Position numbers and translations under genes: made by a program. A stretch of DNA of 63,117 nucleotides, the filler included, from Phoronis australis (lineage: Eukaryota; Animalia; Phoronida), in assembly GCA_002633005.1 (NCBI GenBank). It is 5 parts of 5 records of this genome, joined end to end, with 100 filler letters (N's around TTAATTAATTAA, not from the genome) between each part and the next. Parts side by side here need not be neighbours in the genome. Positions count along the whole stretch, not along the records: positions 53,053 to 63,117 come from NMRA01001771.1; 4 more parts are not named here. One strand, written 5' to 3'. Positions 52,953 through 63,117 of the stretch are shown here, one piece after another; positions within the stretch are counted from its first letter, which is position 1; every line of letters starts with the position of its first letter. The notes under the pieces are model-generated. The model searched no databases and had not been told where the DNA came from. It was given only the letters and a program-made list of their open reading frames with translations.

Positions 52953-53871
52953 NNNNNNNNNNNNNNNNNNNNNNNNNNNNNNNNNNNNNNNNNNNNTTAA
53001 TTAATTAANNNNNNNNNNNNNNNNNNNNNNNNNNNNNNNNNNNNNNNNNNNNTCAATGACTGTATCGGCATGCACCAAGTATGGAAGTTGGCTGCCTAAT
53101 GATTTGATATGTACAACTGATCTTACAGCCGATCACTTACTTTTTAGGTTCATCGTGGGACGGAAAACTAAGATCTTGTCTTAAGTTTCTATCGAAATTC
53201 ATAGACAAGGCAAGCGTTCCCTTCCCTGACGCGAGTAAAGCAAGCTTCTACAACACAGCAAATGTAAACTCTTCTGTTCACTCGTTATCCTGTGATAACG
53301 GCCTCTGCGCTGAGAAAACACAGATTCATTCTCTCTTAAGTATGACTTGCTTCGCCTGTTGTTTCGATAATCTGATTCGGTCGTTAATTCTGATATCACC
53401 GTCGCCATTTTAGCTCAACCATTCAAGTGTCCATTTCGGTTAATATACCTTAGTTGTCTATTAACCTGGGGTTTGTTCCTATGTTAGAAACTTGGTCTTG
53501 CACTCTAATAATGTTTCTGAAAAATAATCAAATTTCGCTTTAGCAAAAATGGAAAGTCTCAAAGAATACACTCACAACTACTAGTTGCTGAGTTTAATTT
53601 GTATAAAGTATTTCTATGGAGCGCTGAGCTAATAAACACATGGCCAAACCTTTATTGGGTAATTTTGAAGGGGGGCGCAAGACGAACTTTTCGACTTCGG
53701 TTTTAAGTCCCATTTCATGAAACAGATCCCTGGGTCGTGGTTCGTTGCAAACGGGAACTTGACAACGGTTCAACTATACGCCTTGAAAAATAACACGGCA
53801 TGGCAATTTCTTTTTCAATTCATTTTCCAGTCACCCGTGCGACCCTGCGTTATCTCTGCCGATATACAACG

Positions 53872-54465
53872 CAGGGACGGATCCAGGATTTTTAGTTAGG
53901 AGGGCAGGGCAGAGTATTAGCCAGGATTTTGTCCATCAGACATCTGCATCCCCGAACTGCCAAATGGAATCTGGGAAAGTTTTAGGGGGGCATCCCCCTT
54001 GGACCCCCTCTAAATCCGCCACTGCAACCAGGTGTATTTTGTATGACATGACCTGTAATCTTACAGAAAAATACTTTCATATTTCGAATTTGCTACTGAT
54101 AACGCATGACCCCTGGATTCTTCTTCGTTTGACCAAAACTTAAGACTCCATCTCCCGCTGAGCAGGGTCACTGGACCAGAAATACAACGTAGTACGTTTC
54201 TCCCAAACTCATCACACTCGTGATCTTATAGGTTTTTTGAAAAAGAAATCTTACGACTGCGCAATACGATAATGTCATTAGAAATGGAGTAACATTACCA
54301 TAAACGTATTGTTACTTTCCGTTACGTTTCCAGTGGTGGATTTAAGGGGGGTAGGGGGCACGACCTCCTTCCAGATTTCATTTGGAAGTACGAGGCGGCG
54401 AAAGTCTGAAGGGCAAAATCCTGGCTTGTGCTCTGCCCTTATTCAAAATCCTGGATACACCCCTG
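53872..54465. mobile_element. Two inverted copies of the 5446-type MITE (53872-54024 + and 54331-54465 -)
   Basis: Direct alignment with 5446-5591 and with each other in reverse complement. Confidence 0.8.
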
Positions 54466-54752
54466 GTTGCTGTACCAAAATTTCATGGAAGAAAATGATT
54501 GTCATGTCGCAATGATCGTTATTACATTAGGGTATAGACAGTGAATGAAATTTTATATTTCAATGTGTATTTTGGGATCTTGAGCCAACTTAATAATTGT
54601 GTTTACCGATGTCACAATTACAGAAATGGTTATTCCACAGGCCTACTTTTTAATTGTTACACAGAAATTAGTTGGTTATGTTTAACATGTAGTTCAACAA
54701 TGAACTGTTGTAATTGGCGACCACGATAACTTCTCAATGTCATTATTTTTAG

Positions 54753-54943
54753 AACACCTGCTCATGACAACATACAAACCGAGTTACAGCGATACAATTG
54801 AAGAGATGGTATTTAGCAGTCGGGACAATCCTAACCCGTCGTTGACATTGTTGGAACAATTCATGGCGATGGCGGTTGAAGGCCAAGTGAACGTCTACAT
54901 TGAGAAAGACCAGGATTTGTCAGCTTTGCGCAAGATCCTTAAG
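54753..54943 (+). CDS. Internal exon of an unidentified protein
   Basis: Acceptor ttatttttag, donor AAG|gtgacc; 191 nt, phase 1->0; open peptide EHLLMTTYKPSYSDTIEEMVF...YIEKDQDLSALRKILK. Confidence 0.6.
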
Positions 54944-55573
54944 GTGACCTCTTGCATCCGGATCCATTTTTGCAATAAGTAGCGTTAAGTATTTCAGCAG
55001 ATTTTGTAGACACGTGCGCACACCTGATGCCTTTGTTAGGCTACTTCATTGCATCTGAAACAATGTTTTTGGATCCTTCATAGCTTCAACTTTGCTTTGG
55101 TTTTCATTCTATCAAATACTAGATCTCTAGTAGTCACGTTTTTAGCTCTGAGTACTGAGCATACATCTTGAGGAATCAGTTTCATGAAAAGTTACCTAAA
55201 ACATAAGTCAGAATTTGGTCTTAATTTAAGTTCATTTGGGCAAAAATGCTGTCTCTGAGAATACACTTGACTGATAATTGCTTTGGGGTAATTTCTATAA
55301 ATTATTACTACACTGTGTTGCGTTCATAATTATTTGGCTAAACTAACAGTTTTCATAAGTTTTGAAATGTGAACGTAAATTTCTGTCTACACTCATGAAC
55401 CAGACCCCAAGATTGTGGTTAAAATTTATTAATGAGTGTTTTGCCGACTTCCAGCCTTCTGCATTTAACTGGTAGGATAAATCATTCGATGCCCAAACCA
55501 TTCCCTGACGACATATGTTCCTGATTTTCAACATCGCCATAGCGATGCTAACATAAACCTTGTTTTGTTGCAG

Positions 55574-55846
55574 ATTCTGATGGTGTTTAACCGGAAAGTT
55601 GTTAAAGTTACATTCCACGTGGCTAGCACTGCCAACAGTGGTAAAATTCAGGAGAATGTTGCCAGAAAATCAGAATTTTGGGCCACGGGAGCATGCCCAG
55701 ACCGCAGCAGAGTCGCCATCACGCCATTCGAAGTGAAAGAGATCCACCATCACAGAATGCGCAGAAGCATTGAACTATCTGAAACTAGAAATAAACGGAT
55801 GGCTCACATTCACGACTGGGAAATGCGCTGGTTGTCGAGAAATTGA
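55574..55846 (+). CDS. Probable next (terminal) exon of the same unidentified gene
   Basis: Acceptor ttgttttgttgcag, phase 0 matching the previous donor; open to TGA at 55846. The 3' boundary is uncertain. Confidence 0.45.
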   Translation: MLMVFNRKVVKVTFHVASTANSGKIQENVARKSEFWATGACPDRSRVAITPFEVKEIHHHRMRRSIELSETRNKRMAHIHDWEMRWLSRN

Positions 55847-57144
55847 ATTATTTATATGCTATCAAAACATTTTACTGCTTAAAGCTGGATGAGACCTCTC
55901 CTGTGTCTAATGGTTCACGGTTGCCTTCAGGATAGCGTGTTTCCTTCACTGATTGGGAATGGTTGAGTTTACGTAATCAACAGATGTACAATGGAGTCTA
56001 CTGTATAGTAGACACGTAAGATGAGTGTGAAAATGCACACCGTGACACATAATAAAATGATAAATAATATACTGACAAGAGTTTTACAGGAAGTTTTTAA
56101 AGTTTCTAGTGTTGTGATACAGTGAGCTCAGGTTAAAAGAAGTCATTGCAGCAGCTGCAGTTGATCAAATGAACACACACGAATACATTGAAGACAGGCA
56201 AACATAGTCTAAAAGAAAAAAAGCTTGCAGAATTTTACAACAAGAATAATGTATATTTTAAGTTGTATTGGGAATTTCAGGGTCACAGCTCTACAAAAAA
56301 ATATTTCACAGAAGGAACCAGATGGGCTCCTTTACAAGAGATAACACACACATTTCCGATACCCAAAGTATAATTGAGTATCGCATGCTAAGTGGCACAG
56401 GTTAGCATAGTACCAAATGGGTACATAATACCAAATGGGTACTGGCCGATTGCCTACCAACTGAGTCGATCAAAACGGCAAATTATATAACAAGTACCAA
56501 GTGGGTACAAACTGCCAAATGGGCAAATATCATATAAAATACCAAGTGGGTACACCAAACAGCCAACTAGGCTATAACAACCTGCAAAGCAGGGTTCCGG
56601 ACAAGCTGAGTGAGCAGACCAGCCGGAGTGATAAAAAAAGATATTGTAAGGAACCTGATGTTGCGACTCAGTATGTGCCGAGAGTTGTGACCGGGGTGGA
56701 GAGAAGCAAGCTGCAGTGACGGATGCTCGAGTACAGGTCTGGTCGCTAGCCAAGGGCGTCTCTTCGTGCTTGACGGTAACGCGCTCCGGGCTTGAAGGAG
56801 ATACCAGCAGTGGCTGCAATAACAAAAATAACCGTTAGCAACAGCAGATTTTGTTCGTCAAAAGGTAGGGAGGGTGAGAAAGATGTAAATCGGTTGAATT
56901 AAGATTTTGTGGAACCCAGGGTAGGGAGGGTGGGAGATGTATCCAATGGTCTAATTGGGAAAACTTACGAGTGAATGTACTGTTGTTTGGGGCTGAGCCA
57001 ACAGGAAGCTGAAGAGAAAGAACAAACAGCGCTACCGTCGGATTTGGTAGGAACTAACTAGGACATGGATATGAAGGATGAAGGGCTGTATAATGTTATT
57101 TGCCCAAATAATAGGATTTATGTCAGAGTGCCATAAATCTCAGT

Positions 57145-57320
57145 ATTTAAAAAATCTGCCAAAAAAATGAAAGAAACTTAGGAATTCGAAGCGCATGGGA
57201 TAAATACAAAACGTACCTTGATTGGCGTCCATGAAGTAATATCCCACTCAACCTTATTCCGTATAATGTCTTGTGGGATATTACTTCATGTACGCCACTC
57301 TCGGTACGTTTTGTGTATGT
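57145..57320 (+). repeat. Dispersed element end with a long imperfect palindrome; partial copy at ~3560-3645
   Basis: Arms acaaaacgtacc...gaagtaatatcccac (57206-57247) and gtgggatattacttc...ggtacgttttgt (57273-57314). The left flank and left arm match 3560-3645. Confidence 0.75.
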
Positions 57321-57688
57321 ATATGAGTAAATCATCACTCAATCACTGACAATGTATTTAGGACTGATTGATAGTATAATAGTCTCTCACAGGAAATCAA
57401 CAACGATATGAAATCAATTGCTACAATAATCATAGACTCTTATTTTCTTTTAAAATACTAATTGGTCCGAACAATTGTATTGCCCAATGATACTTAGTAT
57501 GGCCATTGAAATCTACCTAAACACTAAATGTACTGGTTCTTTTAAAGATCCTTTTGAAATAACACAAATATAGAAAGAAACCTGAGGAAAAATGGTTCAA
57601 AACAAATCGTCAAAATATAACTACCAACCACAAACTGTAAATCTGAATAAATTATAGTGACATAACAACCTTCACCACTGGACTGATT

Positions 57689-58060
57689 TTATTCATGACG
57701 TTTCTGCTTGCTATGACTGTAGAAGGAGGCATACTGTTTGCATGACATGCCGCATTCACCGCAAAAGGAGTGTCCTCGTGCTGAGACGCAGAGTCGCATC
57801 AGGCTCACTCTTTCCGTGAAATTTTGATCACAGATAGGACACTGAATCGACTTGGCTCCTGAGCACGATGCTTCGTGCTGTGTTTTACTATATTGGTAAA
57901 AAACTATTGACGCATGCAACTCATCTATTACAGGGCTGGTAAAAGTCTTGCTTTGTTGTAGTGTCACTGTATTTTATTGCCATGTGGTCATATTAAGTCC
58001 ATTTCTTAGTTCCTGAACGAGGCTCCTCAACATACACACACACTTCTTTGTGAAATGCAG
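57689..58060 (-). pseudogene. Degenerate C2H2 zinc-finger coding remnant
   Basis: IQCPICDQNFTERVSLMRL (His ligands lost) and CGECGMSCKQYASFYSHSKQKRH; upstream part frameshifted. Confidence 0.6.
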
Positions 58061-58796
58061 CAGTTGTACTACTATGTTTTGAAGGCGTGGACGTTAACAC
58101 CCTGAAGGACTCGTCGTGTGGCTACAGTTCAATTGAAAAAAATCAAACGCAATCAGTTATGTTTGTTAGGCTAAATCTCACTTAGAAATAATGAAAAAAG
58201 GATGGAATGTAATTATTAATCAACCAATTCAGGCTCCGTATTATTCTAAAATTATTGACCTAATATCGTAACTTGAACGACTATTCAAGCCAATGCAGAG
58301 AAAAAATGTGCGTTTACGCTCTCTTTTTTGCGTTCACGATCGCCATAGAGAATTAACGACATCGTTCCCGATCGCCGTCTCACACAAGGACCTGCTTGTG
58401 TTGGTAAATATATCAAATTGTTTCACAAATCATAACTAACAAAGGTGTCACCAGGGACGATTAAACTATAAACGTCACACGTCTCTTCTTAAGAACCCTG
58501 GAATTGCTATTAACAAGTAGAAATTGTCGATATTACGAGGCTCAAGGCATTTTACCGAAAGTCATTGCTTTCTGATTTATTTATTTTAAAAAATAAGCAA
58601 AAGACAAGTATTATTTCAGATCCACAACAAAGGTTACACTCTGACGCTTTTCTGTGTGTAGCATTGGTACCGAATTGGGCTCCATTTAAGCAGAAAATTA
58701 AACTCACCGAGTACGTCACTGTCTTCTACCATTTTTGGTGCAAGCTTTCGTTCTCGATCGCCTTTTGGGCGTTCTCGATCGCGGGTTGGCTGGAGT

Positions 58797-59210
58797 GTGG
58801 TATAACATCAGATTATTTCAAAATTGGACGCGGGTGTCGCCAGGGAGACCCATTGTCACCATTCTTATTCATTGTATGCGCGGAAATCATGTTATTGTTA
58901 TTTTTTTCTAATTTCCAAAATTACATTGTCAAAATTCAAACTGATCATCTCTGGCAGACTAAAATTGATACCAAGAAAGGTAAAATGAGATTTTGGCCAA
59001 GAAATCTGACTTTCTTGACATAACTTTGCATTATTAAGTGACCTTATGGCTTAATTAGTTACCTGGTTTTTTCTCTTTTTGCCGTTATCCCCTAAGGCGT
59101 TTTTGTGTGTGCTTGTGCGCGTGGGTGCGTATTTGTGTACGTGAATTTGTGTTTATTAAGTCATGATATTTGTTGTGCTACTTATATCAATGAACTATTC
59201 ATACAAAAAA
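58797..59210 (+). mobile_element. Internally deleted L1/Tx1 LINE fragment (RT motif joined to a 3' end)
   Basis: GITSDYFKIGRGCRQGDPLSPFLFIVCAEI is the non-LTR RT QGDPLSP motif, followed by a C-terminus-like ..KKGKM.. stretch, GT-rich UTR and A-tail. Confidence 0.8.
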
Positions 59211-59683
59211 GATTGCCCACTTGTATTAATTTCCACGGTCACCCGTAATAGCACATGCCAATAACACCATAACACAAACATGTCATCTATGCAGGGAAAA
59301 TTCGTACTCGACAACCGTCGCTAAAAACGACTGAAAACCTCAACTGATAAAGCAGGCCATTCTGCATAGGTTGATGAATGATTGAATAATGAAATGTTAA
59401 GACCTGAAAACTCAATGCTACTAACCTTTCGGTCACTAAGTCTGTAGTATGTGTAGTGTTAGTCTTAATCAAAACGTATTCTAAACTCATTAAAGATAAC
59501 CACCTGTCATTCCAACATGGTGTCGGCTTAAACTAATGTGTTTTCTTATCTCCAAAAACGCCTTGTCTAGACTTCGACAAAAATACTAAAACCTCCCCAA
59601 ATATTACCTCCACATGCTTTAAAGAAAGATGTCTCTTTTGGAATGATAAAAGATAGCAAGGAAACGAAGCCCTGAACAAACGA

Positions 59684-59748
59684 ATGGGTTTTTTCGTTCA
59701 ATTTTGTGTTTTGTTGTCGCTCGCAACTTATGCCAAAGCAAGCACAAA
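59684..59748 (+). CDS. Signal-peptide exon of the SUEL lectin gene
   Basis: MGFFVQFCVLLSLATYAKAST: hydrophobic core with an A-x-A site; donor gtaagt in phase 2 matches the phase-2 acceptor at 60296. Confidence 0.75.
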
Positions 59749-60295
59749 GTAAGTAAGTTTGTTTTAGCCTTTGCGGTCACAAGAGATTTCACAAAGACTA
59801 GGTATCACTTGCAAATGCTAAATAAAGCGGGGCTATAATTGCTAGTCGATGTGCTGAGCTATCTCTGTTCTTAGGTTCAAACTTTCCTAGCTCAATAAAG
59901 AAAAATTCGCATAGTAACCTTTCACCAACGGAACATAATTTCGAATGGCATTGATGATATACATGTGTACATAATCCTATTTCAAAGCATTAATTGTGCT
60001 TCTTTTGAACAAGGCAGATGGTCTTCCACCCTAGAACGTTTGCAATGTTTAAAACTTTTCTTGCAAACTCATTCGGCACTAATTCAGGATTGCTTAGGCA
60101 TGTTAATATTTTAAAACGCTGGACCCAAAATGTGCTTGAAGTGACAGCTAAACAATGCAGAAGTCTTTACATGCTATTTCGTGTCAAAATAGACATTTTC
60201 TTGCAAAGAATTGAATGGAAAAATATAATTAACACCGCGACACATTTCTGCTACTAAAGTCTTTGATTTCTAGCAAAATTATATTCTGGTTTTAG

Positions 60296-60531
60296 GACTG
60301 CCATTGTAGAGGAGCATGGTACCATACATCTGTCATGCAACAGAGGCCAAATCATCAAAATAACATATGCATGGTATGGCCTCGATAACTGCATGTCGAC
60401 ATACTCCACCCTCTTCATGAGCACCCGATGCGAAAATCGAAGAACCTGTTCTGTAGCAGCTGAAAACAACGTCTTTGGGGATCCCTGTAGGGGTCGTATA
60501 AAGTATCTGTACGCGAAGTATTCATGTATTG
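60296..60531 (+). CDS. SUEL-type galactose/rhamnose-binding lectin domain exon
   Basis: TAIVEEHGTIHLSCNRGQIIKITYAWYGLDNC...RCENRRTCSVAAENNVFGDPCRGRIKYLYAKYSCI with FGDPC and KYL motifs; acceptor ggttttag (alternative at 60274), donor gtgagt. Confidence 0.92.
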
Positions 60532-62380
60532 GTGAGTCCAGGCAATACGACAATCTGTTTACCGCGTTTATTAATCCAGTTATGTGTACAGAAAAAAAAT
60601 GAGTAATATCTTAGACCTCACTAACAATATTGTTGATAATCTAGCAAAATTTTCAAAGCTCGCCCTGCTGTGCCAACATTTAGATGTGGTAGTAAAGGGC
60701 ATTGGAAATCAAAAAATGATGTTCAAATGTGATTTTTTCCTGTTCTTTTACTTTCTGATTACTCATAGCACTTCCGTTAATTGAGAGTACAAAGTAAAAG
60801 ATCACGTCCCTCGTTTTCGCTTTCTTAATACTTCTTAACATTCTCATTATCATCATCAGATTTGCATTAAAACATTGTTTATATTAATTGCAAAATACAA
60901 TTCATGCAGTTAGATATTTACTAACCATAGAACTCTAACCCTTGAATGCCAACCCCCGAACGCGACCAATGTATTCTACATGTATTACTAGACCTTGCGA
61001 CTCCGAGACTGGCCAGAGAGTTTGCACTGTACATTTACGGGAGTCTGCTCGATTGAGTTTTGATCGAGTGTTGTAGTTACCAAATCAACCCAAGTTTTAT
61101 TTCTTTATTTTTGTTCGTCAAGCGAGACTCTTGAGTAACAGTTCCTAGACAACTAACAACTTCCCTTCAAAATTTGTCAAATACAAACATTTCCATTGGT
61201 CATTCTTTATACGCACCGACCGTAGCCCAGGATACCGAGAATAGCCTGGCCTCAGATATCTTTTCATCTCCAATCTGAAAACCATTTTCGACAACCTACC
61301 AAACCATTTGCTAACAGCTTTTCAACAAGGCATTTTATGGTGTTAAAATCATGTTACAGTGCTTTATGGAAAGAAGTGGCTTTTGGTTTCTTAGCGGTTG
61401 TTCAGCAGTTCTAAATGAAAAGTTTAGGCACTACTAACAAGTGTGTTTAGTAACTTTAGAAAAACTACTCGTATTTGCGTAGCTAAGTGTGTGTGTTTGC
61501 ATAAAGTATTACTCTTTTAAATTATTTCTATTATAATTCATTTGTGCGATGTTGACGTGTTGCCCAAATACTTTTTTGTTTATTCGATTTCTGGGCAGTG
61601 AATGTTATCTGAAGTATTCGCCTATGCAGGTGAAATAAAATTTAACTGAAAAATGAAAAGTTTATTTTGTAAAAAAATGCAATTCAACAATTTATGTTGC
61701 AATGTTGACAGTGCACATTGTACTTGCCAACATTCCCGCTCTCACATTTTTAATTTTTCTCGCCATCTCACAACGCATTATCATATACTACTGAAAAAGC
61801 GGGACGTTTCATGGCTTTTTGAGACTCCCGAAATTTTGAGACACCCGCAATTGCCTATTCGACTTAAAAATAGGCCGTCGGACGCTGTTTGGTGTAACGT
61901 CCCATGTTCGACAAATACGCTGTCTTCAACCTTGCGTTTTGGCAATAAAGTTAACCCAGATGCCCTGCTTTGTATCCGGATTAGTCCCGATTTTCATTCC
62001 ATTTGTTCCGTTTTTATCATTCTTGAATGTTGACAATTATGAAACAGGTGTTTATTTGTATCTTTGTCATGAATGTTGTTGTTTTTCAGAATCCACTTTC
62101 CTTAGTAACACAACAATCGTAAATTGTATTCTGATTTCTTTCGTTTACAGTTACGTAACACACACTGCATGTATCAGGATCACTAATTTTTACATTATGA
62201 ATTTATATACAAAGTACTTTGCAGCCTATGTAATGATTCAGTCATATTACATTCCAAACCTGTACATAATAAATGTTTGCTCATTTTTACCAATCAGCAA
62301 ATCTGCAAATGTCGGATAGTTGGAGTAATTAGTTTATCACATTTTTGTAAATGTCACTGCATCTTGATTTTTTACTGCAG

Positions 62381-62409
62381 AACTATATCAAACAGCACCA
62401 AAAGCCTAA
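62381..62409 (+). CDS. Candidate terminal exon of the lectin gene (ELYQTAPKA*)
   Basis: Acceptor gattttttactgcag, phase 1, stop followed at once by aataaataaa. Other acceptors nearby (62090, 62151) are possible. Confidence 0.4.
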
Positions 62410-63117
62410 TTAATAAATAAATATTTATAATTTTGGATGAATATCTGATTAAATTCTTCACAGCAACTGTGCCGGATTCCTATTCTAAAATCTTTGTCTT
62501 AGTATGAAAGAAATCATTGAAATTATTTACCTGTTGGGGTTTAATTAATCATTTCTATATCCGCTCTGGTTCATTTTCTTTTTATGTTACTATTACACTC
62601 TATTATTTTTGCAACAAAAATATTTTTAAACTTGAAAGGTATGCAAACTGATGAATATTAATTATGAATTATTTTATGTATCGTTTGTTTCTGCTATAAG
62701 CATACATCATCAAGAATTGACGAATGGCTTTCTGATGATATGGCTCTTATGCAATTCGGCTGCAACACGGAGGAGTTGCGACAGGTTTTAGCGACAGGGT
62801 AATATATCAGAATATAAGTGCACATTATTAACGCACATTGTAACGTACAGTCACACGCACATTAGATGTCTCTCTTGTTGTTGTTGTTGACCCAGCGGTT
62901 TACACGCGTATAATAATAATACCGTAACATTGGCTCATAAAACTTTATTTATGATATGATACGAGTAATAATACGACATTCAATACGATAAGATACGGTT
63001 AAACCTGAAACAACTAATAAAAGTTGAAGTACCAAATACATCATACTAAAATACAGAAAATTGCATATCTAATAATATTATATCAACTCACAATTTGGCA
63101 AACAATAGTTAGCAGAA

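Noticed and set aside
56408-56555. Five taccaa(a/g)tggg motifs as a regulatory array
   Set aside because: Irregular spacing and no supporting context; probably a short degenerate repeat.

Overview
This is AT-rich, repeat-dense genomic DNA from an invertebrate animal (inferred from GT-AG exons, Ig/SUEL/THAP domains and the transposon types). It is a draft scaffold with N gaps, artificial TTAATTAATTAA linkers and single-N joins between redundant overlapping contigs. No prokaryotic genes, rRNA or CRISPR were found. Most of the window is nested, decayed transposons: Ty3/Gypsy, two nested PIF/Harbinger elements, Kolobok-like ends, THAP remnants, a complete Helentron-type HINE with a 450-bp satellite, a pogo-like MITE and L1/Tx1 fragments. 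Host-gene pieces are one Ig-domain exon (2.6 kb), a small secreted SUEL-type lectin gene (59.7-62.4 kb), two exons of an unidentified gene (54.8-55.8 kb), and a minus-strand multi-exon gene (16.5->10.2 kb). The most interesting observation is that the last exon of this minus-strand gene appears to be an open, stand-alone L1/Tx1-type AP endonuclease domain fused into a duplicated host exon, a candidate domesticated nuclease. Also notable are a CTCF-like motif array carried by the HINE and a set of paralogous short exons with intact splice sites but no continuous ORF. All calls are by eye; no searches were run.
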